The notes under the pieces: model-generated
Told to the model about the DNA's origin: nothing
The model's input: only the letters and a program-made list of their open reading frames with translations
The model's database searches: none
Made by a program: the position numbers and the translations under genes
Assembly: GCA_965228855.1 (NCBI GenBank)
Contig: CBDDIJ010000002.1
Location: forward strand, 2,464,001-2,528,000
Source: Candidatus Obscuribacterales bacterium
GTDB lineage: Bacteria > Cyanobacteriota > Vampirovibrionia > Obscuribacterales > Obscuribacteraceae
DNA length: 64,000 bases
Direction of reading: 5' to 3'
In this document: piece after piece, positions 48,938-59,082 of the stretch
Layout: every line of letters begins with the position of its first letter
Position numbering within the stretch: position 1 is the first letter of the stretch

Positions 48938-50629
48938 ATGAAGTTTCTAACTTCTCAAATCTTGAGTCTAGTGCGCGACCGATCCAGTCGCGTGAAGCTC
49001 AGGATTCTTATTCGTTTTTTGATTGTTTTGGTGATTCTTGTCACCATATATAGCGTCATGTTCCACTTCATCATGGAGTATGAAGGACGGCGTTATTCTT
49101 GGATTACTTGTATCTACTGGACGCTTACGGTGATGTCGACTTTAGGTTTCGGCGACATCACGTTCCACTCGGATCTCGGCAAGGTTTTCTCACTGATAGT
49201 GTTGATGAGCGGAATTGTTTTCCTCTTGATTCTCTTGCCATTTACCTTCATTGAATTTTTCTACGCACCATGGATGAAGGCGCACAATGAGGCACGCGCG
49301 CCGACCTCTCTTCCCGAAGGCACCACAGGTCATGTCATAATCACGAATTTCGATGGTGTCACACGTACGCTCATAGGCAAGCTTAAGCAGTACAGTCAGC
49401 CCTATGTGTTGCTGGTTCCGGATTTGACAGAAGCTCTGAATCTGCATGATCAGGGCTATAGAGTCATGCTCGCAGATCTGGATACGCCGAAATCATACCA
49501 GCGCGCGCTGGCTGACGATGCGCTCATGGTTGTTGCGACTGCGAGCGATCAACTCAATGCGAACATCGCGTCAACCGTTCGTGAAATTTCCGACAATGTT
49601 CCAATTGTTGCGACTGCGAACGCTCCTGCGTCATTAGACATACTCGAGCTCGCGGGCTGCACGCAGGTGCTTGAGCTTTGCGAAATGATGGGTCGTGGAT
49701 TGGCCCGAAGAGTTTTTGATGGAAAGAGACTGGCGCATCCGATTGGACGTTTTGGTGACTTAGTAATCGCGGAAGCTATGGTGCGGGACACGAGCCTTGT
49801 TGGAAAAACGCTGCGCGAAAGTTGCTTGCGAAAAGACACGGGTCTGAATGTTCTCGGCAGCTGGCAGCGCGGTTTTTTTGAAACTGTTTCGCCCGATATG
49901 CTGATTACCGACAAAACAATTTTGGTTGTGGCCGGTTCTGAACAGCAGCTTGATTCTTATAATCGGCTTTATCAAAGCGAGCAGGCGATGGATGCACCGA
50001 TAGTAGTGATTGGTGGTGGGCGCGTGGGGAGGGCGACGACGCGAGCGCTGGCTGATCGTGGTCTCGATTATTGCATCGTTGAGAAACGACCGGAGCTGAT
50101 TAAAGACCCAGCTAAATATGTTCTTGGTGATGGGGCCAACTTCGACGTTCTCGATCAGGCGGGGATCATGAAGGCGCCTGTCGTCATAATCACCACCAGT
50201 GATGACGACATGAACATTTATCTTACGATTTACTGTCGCCAGTTGCGTCCGGATGTTGAGATTCTGTGTCGTTCTAACCTTGAACGAAATGTAGCGACTC
50301 TACATCGTGTAGGTGCGGATTTCGTTTTGTCATATGCCTCCATTGGCGCCAATACTATGATCAATTTGCTAGGTCGTATGAACATTCTGATGATGACCGA
50401 AGGTTTGGATATCTTCCAAGTCGACATGCCGCCTAAGTTCATAGGTAAGAGTGTGACCGAGTGCGATATTCAGAGGAAAACCGGTTGTACTGTGGTGGCA
50501 CTGCATATGGAAGATCAGAAACAGGTGATGCTTGATCCGAATCTTCCTCTGCCTAAAGATGGGCGACTGATCTTGATTGGCTCGCCTGAGGCAGAGCAGC
50601 GATTCTTAACAACTTACGGTTGTCGGTAG
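48938..50629 (+). CDS. Potassium channel with two TrkA-N/TrkA-C (RCK) pairs
   Basis: 2 TM plus pore STLGFGD; GGGRVG NAD-binding motif in the second RCK; TrkA-C repeats. Confidence 0.9.
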   Translation: MKFLTSQILSLVRDRSSRVKLRILIRFLIVLVILVTIYSVMFHFIMEYEGRRYSWITCIYWTLTVMSTLGFGDITFHSDLGKVFSLIVLMSGIVFLLILLPFTFIEFFYAPWMKAHNEARAPTSLPEGTTGHVIITNFDGVTRTLIGKLKQYSQPYVLLVPDLTEALNLHDQGYRVMLADLDTPKSYQRALADDALMVVATASDQLNANIASTVREISDNVPIVATANAPASLDILELAGCTQVLELCEMMGRGLARRVFDGKRLAHPIGRFGDLVIAEAMVRDTSLVGKTLRESCLRKDTGLNVLGSWQRGFFETVSPDMLITDKTILVVAGSEQQLDSYNRLYQSEQAMDAPIVVIGGGRVGRATTRALADRGLDYCIVEKRPELIKDPAKYVLGDGANFDVLDQAGIMKAPVVIITTSDDDMNIYLTIYCRQLRPDVEILCRSNLERNVATLHRVGADFVLSYASIGANTMINLLGRMNILMMTEGLDIFQVDMPPKFIGKSVTECDIQRKTGCTVVALHMEDQKQVMLDPNLPLPKDGRLILIGSPEAEQRFLTTYGCR

Positions 50630-50704
50630 TGTCCTGTTGGGTTGTACACATTTGAGAATTTAGTTTCGAGATGCGAAACTGTTTTAATGAGTTTGAGGAA
50701 TCCC

Positions 50705-52693
50705 ATGAATAAGTCGTTCTTTGTTTCGATCTGCATGTGCTTAATCGGAGCGCACGCCGCTGCCGAGGAAATCGGCTCGGGAAAAGGGCTGTATCGCGAT
50801 CGTCCGTCGCAAGCTTCCGAATCGAACATGTCGCTATCCAGAGAGGCGGCGCAAGCCAGGCTTGACGAGAACGCTAGCAAGTCGTTGGAGTTGTCGACCC
50901 AGTTCGCAACTCTTGTTCAGAAACATTTAGAGCTCGCCGGCAAATACGACGTCGATGCTTTTCGGAAAAACGATGATGAACTCGCGACATTGTTTGAGAA
51001 GATGGATGCGAATTATCTTGAGTCGCGCATGTTGTACAACCATCTTGGACTCTCTGAGGAACCACTGGATGTCGACAAGAAGAGTATTCAGGACTCGAAG
51101 ATGTTTATGTACAAGAGTTCTGCGATCTTCAATTTGTGTTTCGGCCGTCCTATGAATTCCGCTCAATTGAGCCGGCTTTCGCTAAATCTAAGCGAGCATG
51201 CAACTGGTAAGAAGGAGTTCGAGCCAGATGTGCTTTATTACCTGGGCTCTGCATTATGTTGGGCTGGCGATTACAAGAATGCCGAGAGTCAGCTGAGGAG
51301 CGCAATCACTATAGGGAAAGGAAGACCGTTTACTCAGTTGAAGGCCGGCGAGGCTGTGAATGTTGGTGGGCAGAATCCGTTTGCGGCGCAACAGCTTGCG
51401 ACTGTTTTGTTGGCCGAGAATGAGACGGGCAAAGCAATCGACCTGTTGAGGCAAACCCGTGCAACTGCTCCGAGTGATGAAATTCGAGGTAATGCTGACG
51501 CACTGTTAGCGGTGGCATCATCATTGGACGCTAACCAGAATTCGCGAAACGTTGTGCGAGAATCCGTAGTCAATGCGAAACGGGAGTTAAGTCAGCGTCA
51601 GAGTCAAACATTTCCTGCGGTAGCGACGGAGTCGCTTGGTATTGCCAGCGCGGTTGAAGGTAATTACGCGGAAGCGGATAAACTGTTGTCCGAGGCAATT
51701 CCGAAGTTGCAAGAGTCGCCTATCAAGTTGGGCAATCGGCTGGAAGCTGCGCAAGCGTCCTTGTGGCGTGCTTATTGTCGTGATCGATTGGGAAACAAAA
51801 TTGGTTGCGACCAGGACCTCAAGTATGCTATGTCGTTTGCGGATGATGCACCGCATCTGGTGACCGTTTCGAAAATGCTAAATAAGGTTTTCGGCAAAGA
51901 GCTGTTCAAGCCTGTTGCCAAACAATCTTCGCAGAAGTGGGCAATCGTAGTTGGGCTGAGCGATTTTGCCGATCCGAAAATTCCAAAGCTCAAGTATCCC
52001 AAGAAGGATGCTGAAGATGTGGCGAAATTCCTGGTAGAACATGCCGGTTTTCAGACCGATCATATTCGCACGCTCACGAACGATGGGGCGACCAAAGATG
52101 AATTCTTGAACAGCATAGCCGGAAACTGGTTGCCTTCTGTCACCAGGCCGGACGATGTTGTTTTCATCTTCGTCTCGTCTCATGGTACGCCAGCCTACGA
52201 AGACGTTGGTGCAATGAATTCCGTTGTTACATACGATACGAAGATGGATCAGTTATTCTCGACGTCCATTCCGATGCAAAACATAGTGCGTTTGCTAAGT
52301 TCGAAACTAAGCAAGCGGCACGTATTTGTCGTGCTCGATACCTGTTATGCCGGCGGGCTTGGCGCGCCGGTTTCTAACAATCATTCTGCCAACAGCATAG
52401 ACCCGGAATTCTTGTTGAGCTCAAATTACCAATTGCTCGTCAGTTCCAGCAGTGGAAACGAAAAGTCGTGGGAGTCCAAACGTTATCCAAACAGCGTGTT
52501 TACAAGGCAAATGATTGATGCGTTGACGGACAATCAAAACTACGAGCGCTTCGAGTCGGTTTTCGATTTGATTCAGATGAGAGTTTCGGAGGAAGTGTCG
52601 GCCGACCACAAGGGAACCACACAGACTCCAAGTTTTTCAGGACTGTGGCATGGCAGGGAGCTGGCAAAAGATTCCAGGGCGGCTCAGGAATAG
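50705..52693 (+). CDS. TPR + caspase-like (peptidase C14) protein with signal peptide
   Basis: KWAIVVG, KDA, SSHG (His), LDTCYAG (Cys), SWES...SVFT, QTP; N-terminal ..AHAAA-E. Confidence 0.88.
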   Translation: MNKSFFVSICMCLIGAHAAAEEIGSGKGLYRDRPSQASESNMSLSREAAQARLDENASKSLELSTQFATLVQKHLELAGKYDVDAFRKNDDELATLFEKMDANYLESRMLYNHLGLSEEPLDVDKKSIQDSKMFMYKSSAIFNLCFGRPMNSAQLSRLSLNLSEHATGKKEFEPDVLYYLGSALCWAGDYKNAESQLRSAITIGKGRPFTQLKAGEAVNVGGQNPFAAQQLATVLLAENETGKAIDLLRQTRATAPSDEIRGNADALLAVASSLDANQNSRNVVRESVVNAKRELSQRQSQTFPAVATESLGIASAVEGNYAEADKLLSEAIPKLQESPIKLGNRLEAAQASLWRAYCRDRLGNKIGCDQDLKYAMSFADDAPHLVTVSKMLNKVFGKELFKPVAKQSSQKWAIVVGLSDFADPKIPKLKYPKKDAEDVAKFLVEHAGFQTDHIRTLTNDGATKDEFLNSIAGNWLPSVTRPDDVVFIFVSSHGTPAYEDVGAMNSVVTYDTKMDQLFSTSIPMQNIVRLLSSKLSKRHVFVVLDTCYAGGLGAPVSNNHSANSIDPEFLLSSNYQLLVSSSSGNEKSWESKRYPNSVFTRQMIDALTDNQNYERFESVFDLIQMRVSEEVSADHKGTTQTPSFSGLWHGRELAKDSRAAQE

Positions 52694-52739
52694 TTCAGAT
52701 ATCTTGCGGTATAATTCCAGCGTTCGCTTGGAGGTTGCT

Positions 52740-53525
52740 ATGAGAAAGTATTTCTTGCTTCTGGTCCTCGGCATGATGGCTACTGCTCAGCCTTCGCATG
52801 CGCAATTCAATATTCAGAGTCCGGATGGCAGTGTCAGCATTGGTCCTAATGGCATCAACGTACAACAAGGGAATCAGTCCGTTCGTATGAACGGCAGTGG
52901 AATTTCGGTAGATAAACCCGGCGAATCAGTCCGAATCAAACCGACTTCAATTAAGACGACAAAGTCTAAAACGGTCACTACGACGGTTAAGTCTCCCGCA
53001 GCCAGTGCCTTGACGCTGGCGCAAAGAGTTGAGGCGTTGGAAATCGCAACGCACGGCAAGGTGTCTGCAGGTTCGCTCATCAGTCGCGTTCAGAAGCTGG
53101 AGATGGATACCATCGGCTCTGCAGGGACGGGAACTCTGGCGGTACGCATCACAAAAATTGAGAATTCTCTCGGTAATGTGGGTAACGTGCCTGAAAGAGT
53201 CGTTGTTTCAACCAAGTCCGCTAGCGTGAAATCTCATGCTGTTTCTTCCTCGACGGGCGGGAAAGATATTACACTCAACAACAGCAACTATGAAGGAACA
53301 ATCGCTTGCAGCGGAGGCAACGTAACGCTGAATGCCAGTCACTGTGAGATCAAATTCACAGGTCATATCAATTCACTCGTTATAAACGGCAGCGGCAATG
53401 ATATCGCATGTGATACCGTGAGTCACGTGGCTGTGAACGGAAGTTCCAATGACGTCAAATGGAGCCGGGCTGTAAATCCGTCGATAGCAGACTCCGGAAG
53501 CGCCAATACGCTTGAGAGCCAGTAA
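52740..53525 (+). CDS. Secreted hypothetical protein with C-terminal beta-solenoid (DUF3060-like)
   Basis: GGAGG RBS; signal peptide (..PSHA-Q); INGSGN, VNGSSN and DSGSAN repeats. Confidence 0.7.
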   Translation: MRKYFLLLVLGMMATAQPSHAQFNIQSPDGSVSIGPNGINVQQGNQSVRMNGSGISVDKPGESVRIKPTSIKTTKSKTVTTTVKSPAASALTLAQRVEALEIATHGKVSAGSLISRVQKLEMDTIGSAGTGTLAVRITKIENSLGNVGNVPERVVVSTKSASVKSHAVSSSTGGKDITLNNSNYEGTIACSGGNVTLNASHCEIKFTGHINSLVINGSGNDIACDTVSHVAVNGSSNDVKWSRAVNPSIADSGSANTLESQ

Positions 53526-53559
53526 GCTCAAGCGTTGAGCGCTAGCTTATTCAACGCAA

Positions 53560-55344
53560 ATGGCAAAAGCAGGCACGAGTAAGAACAAGATAGATGTGAA
53601 GAAATTCGCACTTGAGCTGGATGGTGCTTTCAATCTGAGCGAGCTCAATGCGTTTTACCGATCGCATGTGGGGACCGGCGGTCCGACGAGGAAATACGAG
53701 CTTGCTACCCAGCTGGCGACGTTTTTCACTTGCGAACAATTGAAGGCGACTTTTGAAAAACTGGAGCCGCTCGAGAAGCTTGCTGTCTCTGAAGCCGTTC
53801 ATTCGGAGGACGGTTTCGATCCTGAGATGTTTGAAGCGAAGTATGGAATGTGTCCCGCGTTTCGCTTGGATTTTAAAAACGCCCCCTCCGCGGCCTGGCT
53901 GTTCATGAGATATGAGGTCTTTCGCGGTCATCGTGCCCGTCCTTCCCTGGAGGCATGCCTGAAGAGTATCGTGCCGCTTCCGCAGGGCGCGCAGATCAAC
54001 ATAACCAGAACACCTCTGCGTGAAGTATTCAAAGAGGATAAAGCGGCTCGAGTAGAATATTTTGCGCGAAGCGAGCTTGCCCAGGTTGAGCTTGGTGCGA
54101 TGCTCAAGGCTGTGCAGGATGGTCTGATTGTAGTCTCCGAGAAAACCGGCTTGCCATCCAGCGACACACTGGCGAAGATTACCCGGATGATCAAGTCTGA
54201 TTATTATCAATGGCTTGATGCAGCTGACTACAAGCCGATTGGTCCGATGCGGGCATTCGCGTGGCCAATGCTCTTGACGCACGCCAGACTGGTTGTCCAG
54301 GATGGGAAAAGGCTGAAGATCGCGAGTTCCGCGAAGAATGCAAAATCGCTTCACGACGTCGAGTTGCTGCGGGAGATTTGGTTCGCATTCATAGAATGTA
54401 CCTTTGATGAGCTCAGCCGCATTAGCTCTGTCAGGGGGCCGCGCAATGGTCGCTACTCGATGTCGACGTCTCGAATTCGTCGGCGCGCAATTGTGGAGAC
54501 GCTCAAGCAATGTCCGCAAGATGCCTGGATCGAGTTCGATGAGTTTGTTCGATTTTTGCGTGCTTCAGGAAATACTTTTGTTGTTTCTTATCAACCCTGG
54601 AACATGTACAGTTCTTACGGCGCTTCGCTCGGAATGGTCGGCGATCAGTTGCTGCAAGAACTTTATGTGCGAGCTTTTCTTTTCGAGTACGCATCGACGT
54701 TGGGACTGATTGATATTGCCGTGGTGCCTCCTGAGTACTCAAGGCGTAATTGCGAGTCTGGCTATTTCGAAAATTTCAGCCGCTATGACGGATTGCTCTA
54801 CTTCCGAATAAATGAGGTCGGCGCATTCTGTTTGAGTGAAACCGCCAACAGCAAATTCACAAGCGGAGATGCTCCGAAGTTGTCTGTTCGTCCTAGCCTG
54901 CGAATCGCTCATGTGGAGGGCAATTTGTCTGTGGCAAACAAATTGATACTTGATGCGTTCGCTGAAAATATTGCAGATGGTGTCTGGGACCTTTCGCGTG
55001 CACGAGCGATTGCCGCTTGTGAAGCGGGTCAGGACATAGGTGATCTGCACGAACTTTTGACTATGCTCGACGAGCAGGAACTGCCTGATCAAGTTGAGAC
55101 TTTCATTTCGCAGGTCCGGTCAAGATTTACTGCGGTAGAAAGCGCAGGTGCTGCCGAACTATTCACTTGTCGCGATTCTGCTATCGCGAAAGAGATCAGC
55201 AGCCATACACTAATGAAGGACCTATGCAGTCTGGTTGGAGAGAAGCAGCTCGTTGTGATGCAAAACAAAGTCGAAAAGTTTCGCAAGACTCTTCATACAA
55301 TTGGTTACGGAACTGTTGAAACTGTTAGAAATCAGCGGCGATAG
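53560..55344 (+). CDS. Helicase-associated (XPB N-terminal-like, Helicase_C_3) domain protein without helicase motifs
   Basis: FLFEY..TLGLID, LDAFA...WDLSR...A...G...L; no Walker A or DEAD motif seen. Confidence 0.6.
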   Translation: MAKAGTSKNKIDVKKFALELDGAFNLSELNAFYRSHVGTGGPTRKYELATQLATFFTCEQLKATFEKLEPLEKLAVSEAVHSEDGFDPEMFEAKYGMCPAFRLDFKNAPSAAWLFMRYEVFRGHRARPSLEACLKSIVPLPQGAQINITRTPLREVFKEDKAARVEYFARSELAQVELGAMLKAVQDGLIVVSEKTGLPSSDTLAKITRMIKSDYYQWLDAADYKPIGPMRAFAWPMLLTHARLVVQDGKRLKIASSAKNAKSLHDVELLREIWFAFIECTFDELSRISSVRGPRNGRYSMSTSRIRRRAIVETLKQCPQDAWIEFDEFVRFLRASGNTFVVSYQPWNMYSSYGASLGMVGDQLLQELYVRAFLFEYASTLGLIDIAVVPPEYSRRNCESGYFENFSRYDGLLYFRINEVGAFCLSETANSKFTSGDAPKLSVRPSLRIAHVEGNLSVANKLILDAFAENIADGVWDLSRARAIAACEAGQDIGDLHELLTMLDEQELPDQVETFISQVRSRFTAVESAGAAELFTCRDSAIAKEISSHTLMKDLCSLVGEKQLVVMQNKVEKFRKTLHTIGYGTVETVRNQRR

Positions 55345-55798
55345 TTTTTTTTCTACCGTCGCGCAAAAACTGCCGATAAGCTGTATCACAGGCGTTTAAC
55401 GCGTCTTCAACAGACTCGAATATCTCATCGGACGGTTTCAAAAACAAGACTGAGCGATATAAAGTGTTCAAACCATCGAAACAGAGTGGTGATGCCACCA
55501 CTTTTGTAAGGATACGTTGATCGACTATGCGACTCATTTGATCGCCGCTGACGTATTTAAGGTCGCGCAGATCCAGAAGCAGGGTCACAGGATTACTCGC
55601 TGCAAAACCATCACCAATCATGGCGTGCATAAATTTGTAGCCGGAGTTGTGCGATTCGGTTTCCACAACGGTTCCAGAGAATGTTGCAATCAAGCAGTTC
55701 TCGGAGGGAAACGACGGCAGTTTGCAAAACAAGAGTCGACATTGAATCAACTCTTGTATGTTTTCTTTAATAAGCGAAAAATGAAGTTCGTCCGGCAT
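55325..55798 (-). CDS. Hypothetical protein, STAS-like
   Basis: LLLDLRDLKYVSG and IFESVEDAL resemble STAS signatures. Confidence 0.5.
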   Translation of the reverse strand: MPDELHFSLIKENIQELIQCRLLFCKLPSFPSENCLIATFSGTVVETESHNSGYKFMHAMIGDGFAASNPVTLLLDLRDLKYVSGDQMSRIVDQRILTKVVASPLCFDGLNTLYRSVLFLKPSDEIFESVEDALNACDTAYRQFLRDGRKKTIAADF

Positions 55799-55840
55799 CC
55801 GTTTATTTTACTTCTTCGTCTATCGGATCTCTAGTGTTTT

Positions 55841-56614
55841 TTATTCGGTCCCCTCCTTCTTTTGTAGAGCGAAGCGACCGCGTTCTGCATCCTTTTGTGT
55901 AACTTCGTATTCATGCTGTTTGTAGAACTCTTCTGTCATGTATGGCACTTCATTGCCGTCTTTGTCCGTTTGATGTGACACTTTTCCGGTGTTTTCATTG
56001 TAAACGGCGCGATAGGCGACATAAGGTTTTCCACTGTCGTCGTATGCGTAAACGTTGACCAGGTAGACGCCGTCGGTTTCGGTTTCAGTCATTTGCACTT
56101 TTACAGGGACTTCGTTTCCTAAAAGATTCAGCGTTGCCGTCGCACCATCGCCAAGTTTCGCAGCAGCCTCCATCTTTTCCGGAGTGTTGCCTCGTTCAAG
56201 CATTCGCTTGTAGAAGGCTTCACTGCCAGGTTCTACCGGGGGGAGAGGTGGTGCGACTCTATCATATGGGATTTTGGTAGGGGGCTCAGTTCTTTCTGTT
56301 GGATTTTCGTCGGGGCCGTTCGCGTGACCGTTTTTCTCTCGTTCTATGCGTTTTCTTTCATTTTCACGATGCTCTCCGGGTGTTTCAACTGCAGTGGGGA
56401 GGGCGCTTTTAGTTTCGCTAGTAAAAGTTGTTTCCTCTTGCATGAGAGATAGTCCAGGCAATATTGCTCCTAAATTCGATTGTTCGGTCATGGTTTTAGT
56501 AAGTTGTTTGAAGTCTTTCAGGTTCATGGATCCAAGTGAGTCCGAAAATAGGACGCCTTGTAGTCCATCGAGGATCGTGGAATTTTGATTATGTTCGAGT
56601 CTATTTTCTGACAT
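55841..56614 (-). CDS. Hypothetical protein
   Basis: GAGGTG RBS before ATG 56614; low-complexity N-half, globular-looking C-half. Confidence 0.65.
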   Translation of the reverse strand: MSENRLEHNQNSTILDGLQGVLFSDSLGSMNLKDFKQLTKTMTEQSNLGAILPGLSLMQEETTFTSETKSALPTAVETPGEHRENERKRIEREKNGHANGPDENPTERTEPPTKIPYDRVAPPLPPVEPGSEAFYKRMLERGNTPEKMEAAAKLGDGATATLNLLGNEVPVKVQMTETETDGVYLVNVYAYDDSGKPYVAYRAVYNENTGKVSHQTDKDGNEVPYMTEEFYKQHEYEVTQKDAERGRFALQKKEGTE

Positions 56615-56692
56615 AGCAAGCACCTCAAGAGCGGCGGTATGCAGAAAGCATATTGGGGGTGCCTGACATTTGACTGACATCGCTGACCGCGC

Positions 56693-56737
56693 AAAAAAAA
56701 AGAGCTTTGCGGGCAGTCAAACAAGACTGATGCCCGC
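56693..56737 (-). terminator. Probable intrinsic terminator after the kinase gene
   Basis: Minus strand GCGGGCATCAGTC-TTGTTT-GACTGCCCGC followed by AAAGCTC and a T9 run. Confidence 0.55.
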
Positions 56738-56806
56738 CTCTAACCCGTCCCTCTAGAAGATAAGATTTCTTACGCCCCCGTGAGCCGTGACCACGCAACG
56801 CAAGAT

Positions 56807-58825
56807 CTATTTTCGCGGACCGTCGATTCTGCGTTTCGCACCTACATCTTTTAGAACCCAGTCTTTATATGCCGGGTGCTCTTCATAATGGAATCGTTGT
56901 TGCGGTTTTGGCAAAGATGCTGGAACCGTCGCACCACTATTAGTACCAGAACCAGATACGGTACTGTTATTAGTGCCGGTTGGGGCGCCACCGGACACGC
57001 TACCATTCGCGGTGGCAACACCATTTGTGGTACCATTCGCGACTTTGGTCGTGGGCTTCTTCTTCTCGCTCGGATTGACCTCCTCCGGTGGGCGGGTATC
57101 GATATCGTCAAAGTTAGTCTGCTGTTCTTCTCCACGCATGGCGGCGCTCAGTCTCGTTGAAGTTTCAATCCAGGCTTGACCAAGTTTGTCCCAATTCAAA
57201 ATTATGAAAGTCATTGACAGCAGTAGCAACGCAATTGAGGCAACGATCTTCATCGTCAGCCTCGTGATTGTTTTTGCCGGAGACACGCGAGGTCCCTGGA
57301 CTTTGAATACCTGCGTTAGATGCATCTCGAGGCTTTCTTCTTCACGCGCCTGAGTGTTTTTCAACTGCTGCACATTGAAGATTTCACGCTTTGCCAGCTT
57401 CGAATCGCGTTTTCGTCGAGTCCTGATGACCGGGGCGCTAGCAACCCCACTGCTTCCCTCAGAACCATCGGTCGGATGTGAACCGTCTGCGGGGTCTCCG
57501 TTAGGAAATTGTCCCATCAAGCCGCCATCATGCGGTTGGACCTGCGGATGGGGTGTTGGCGCTCCGAATGAATTTACTCCTACCGAATCTTCCGCGCCGA
57601 GAGTTTGATGGGATGCTGATTGATCTCTTGTGGATACGTCCACACGCGGAAATGCACCCGTTGCGCCTGTATGCTCCTGGCGCGCTTTACCAAGCCATTC
57701 TTCAAAAGCCTTTCTGAAATCGCTAATGTCATCGAAGCGCCAGTCCAGGTCTGGATCCATCGCTTCGTCCAGCACATCGTCCAGCGCATCAGGTGCCAGT
57801 ACGTTCGGATTGGCTTCGACCAACTTCTGGCGTTGCACGAGGGTGCCATCAGGAGCTAGTTTCTGATCCGATTCCCCTATCACCATCTCGTAGACCATGA
57901 CCGCCAGGGCTAGAATGTCTTTTTTCTTCAGGTCATCAAACGAGACCGGCTCTTCGTCAGGGCTGCGAGAACCATTCAAGAGTTCAATGGTTTCCGTTAC
58001 TTTGTAAAAGCCGAAATCAAGAATTTTTAGTTCTATCTGCTCATTCACCTCGGCGAGCATTACGTTCGAACATTTGAGGTCTCCGTGAATAACGCCTTTC
58101 TCATGAGCAAACTCAAGGGCGTCGCAGAGTTGTAACACTACCTCTGCGATTTCCTCTTCATCATCTAGTGAACCACTTGAGTCAATTACGTCTTGAAGCG
58201 AAATGGCATCGATGAACTCCATGACGTAAAACGGACGTTTCAACGCTGTTTCCATTAGACCGAGCGAACCGACGATATTTCTGTGTCCAAGTGTAAGATG
58301 CGATTCAGCCGCTTTTGAAAACTCGCTTGTTATTGCCGATTGCAAGTGTTTTGTAGTCTTGATCGCGACAATACGATCTTGTGAGATCCATTTTGCCTCA
58401 TAGGTGGTCGAAGCCAGCCCCCCTCCGATAGCACCGGCTATCACATAATCTTCGAACAGGGTCTGCCCGACAAGCGGATCCTGCCGTTCAAGCGGGGGGG
58501 CGGATGCTACCAATCGAGAGTTGCTGCTGCCGGCAGGTCTCCTGAGCGCCGGACGAGAGCCAGTATCATTCGGTGATGGACTAGCCAAGCCGATATCAAC
58601 CGGTGGTCCTAAACCTATGTCCACCCGCTTCGCAGGGTCAGGAACAGCAGCGTGTGAGCCTGTAGTTTGAACCGGTTTCGGCTGTCTCGTCTCAGCGTCG
58701 GCATAAACGTCAGCTGTTTCATTATCGCGCGCAGCACCGAATCCGATACCAGATTCGGTCTCGGCTTTTGCTTGTATTTCTGAATTTGATTCGGAAGTTA
58801 AATCTGCCGAATTTTCGGATGTCAT
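56807..58825 (-). CDS. Membrane Ser/Thr protein kinase (atypical, non-RD)
   Basis: GAIGGG, VAIK, HRNIV, YVMEF, HGDLKCSN, LDFG; TM IVASIALLLLSMTFIIL. Confidence 0.88.
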   Translation of the reverse strand: MTSENSADLTSESNSEIQAKAETESGIGFGAARDNETADVYADAETRQPKPVQTTGSHAAVPDPAKRVDIGLGPPVDIGLASPSPNDTGSRPALRRPAGSSNSRLVASAPPLERQDPLVGQTLFEDYVIAGAIGGGLASTTYEAKWISQDRIVAIKTTKHLQSAITSEFSKAAESHLTLGHRNIVGSLGLMETALKRPFYVMEFIDAISLQDVIDSSGSLDDEEEIAEVVLQLCDALEFAHEKGVIHGDLKCSNVMLAEVNEQIELKILDFGFYKVTETIELLNGSRSPDEEPVSFDDLKKKDILALAVMVYEMVIGESDQKLAPDGTLVQRQKLVEANPNVLAPDALDDVLDEAMDPDLDWRFDDISDFRKAFEEWLGKARQEHTGATGAFPRVDVSTRDQSASHQTLGAEDSVGVNSFGAPTPHPQVQPHDGGLMGQFPNGDPADGSHPTDGSEGSSGVASAPVIRTRRKRDSKLAKREIFNVQQLKNTQAREEESLEMHLTQVFKVQGPRVSPAKTITRLTMKIVASIALLLLSMTFIILNWDKLGQAWIETSTRLSAAMRGEEQQTNFDDIDTRPPEEVNPSEKKKPTTKVANGTTNGVATANGSVSGGAPTGTNNSTVSGSGTNSGATVPASLPKPQQRFHYEEHPAYKDWVLKDVGAKRRIDGPRK

Positions 58826-59082
58826 TTCGGTCTCATGGGACTCCCTGAACAGCGTCGATACTGTCAGTATACTCCCGTATACGAGGGGTGACCGTCACGG
58901 ACCGATCACACTCGGTTTGGAAGCGGAACGCGGTGCTTGATCGGCTCTCCTCAGACCCCATCAGGTACCGCGTATCTGCCAGACACAAGCTCACCCGCTG
59001 CTCCCCACCTACCGGGATTAGCCCGCGTGTGATTTAATCGAGTTATATCCTGAACGACCTACTCGCTAATCTGGGAACCGCT

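Noticed and set aside
53551..54519. 322-aa minus-strand ORF
   Set aside because: Almost entirely antisense to the 594-aa gene, Arg-rich and without motifs; typical shadow ORF.
56669..56800. Riboswitch upstream of the 55841-56614 gene (terminator plus alternative TTTGACTG/CAGTCAAA pairing)
   Set aside because: No known aptamer consensus recognised, and the alternative partner lies downstream of the U-tract, so it cannot act as a co-transcriptional antiterminator.
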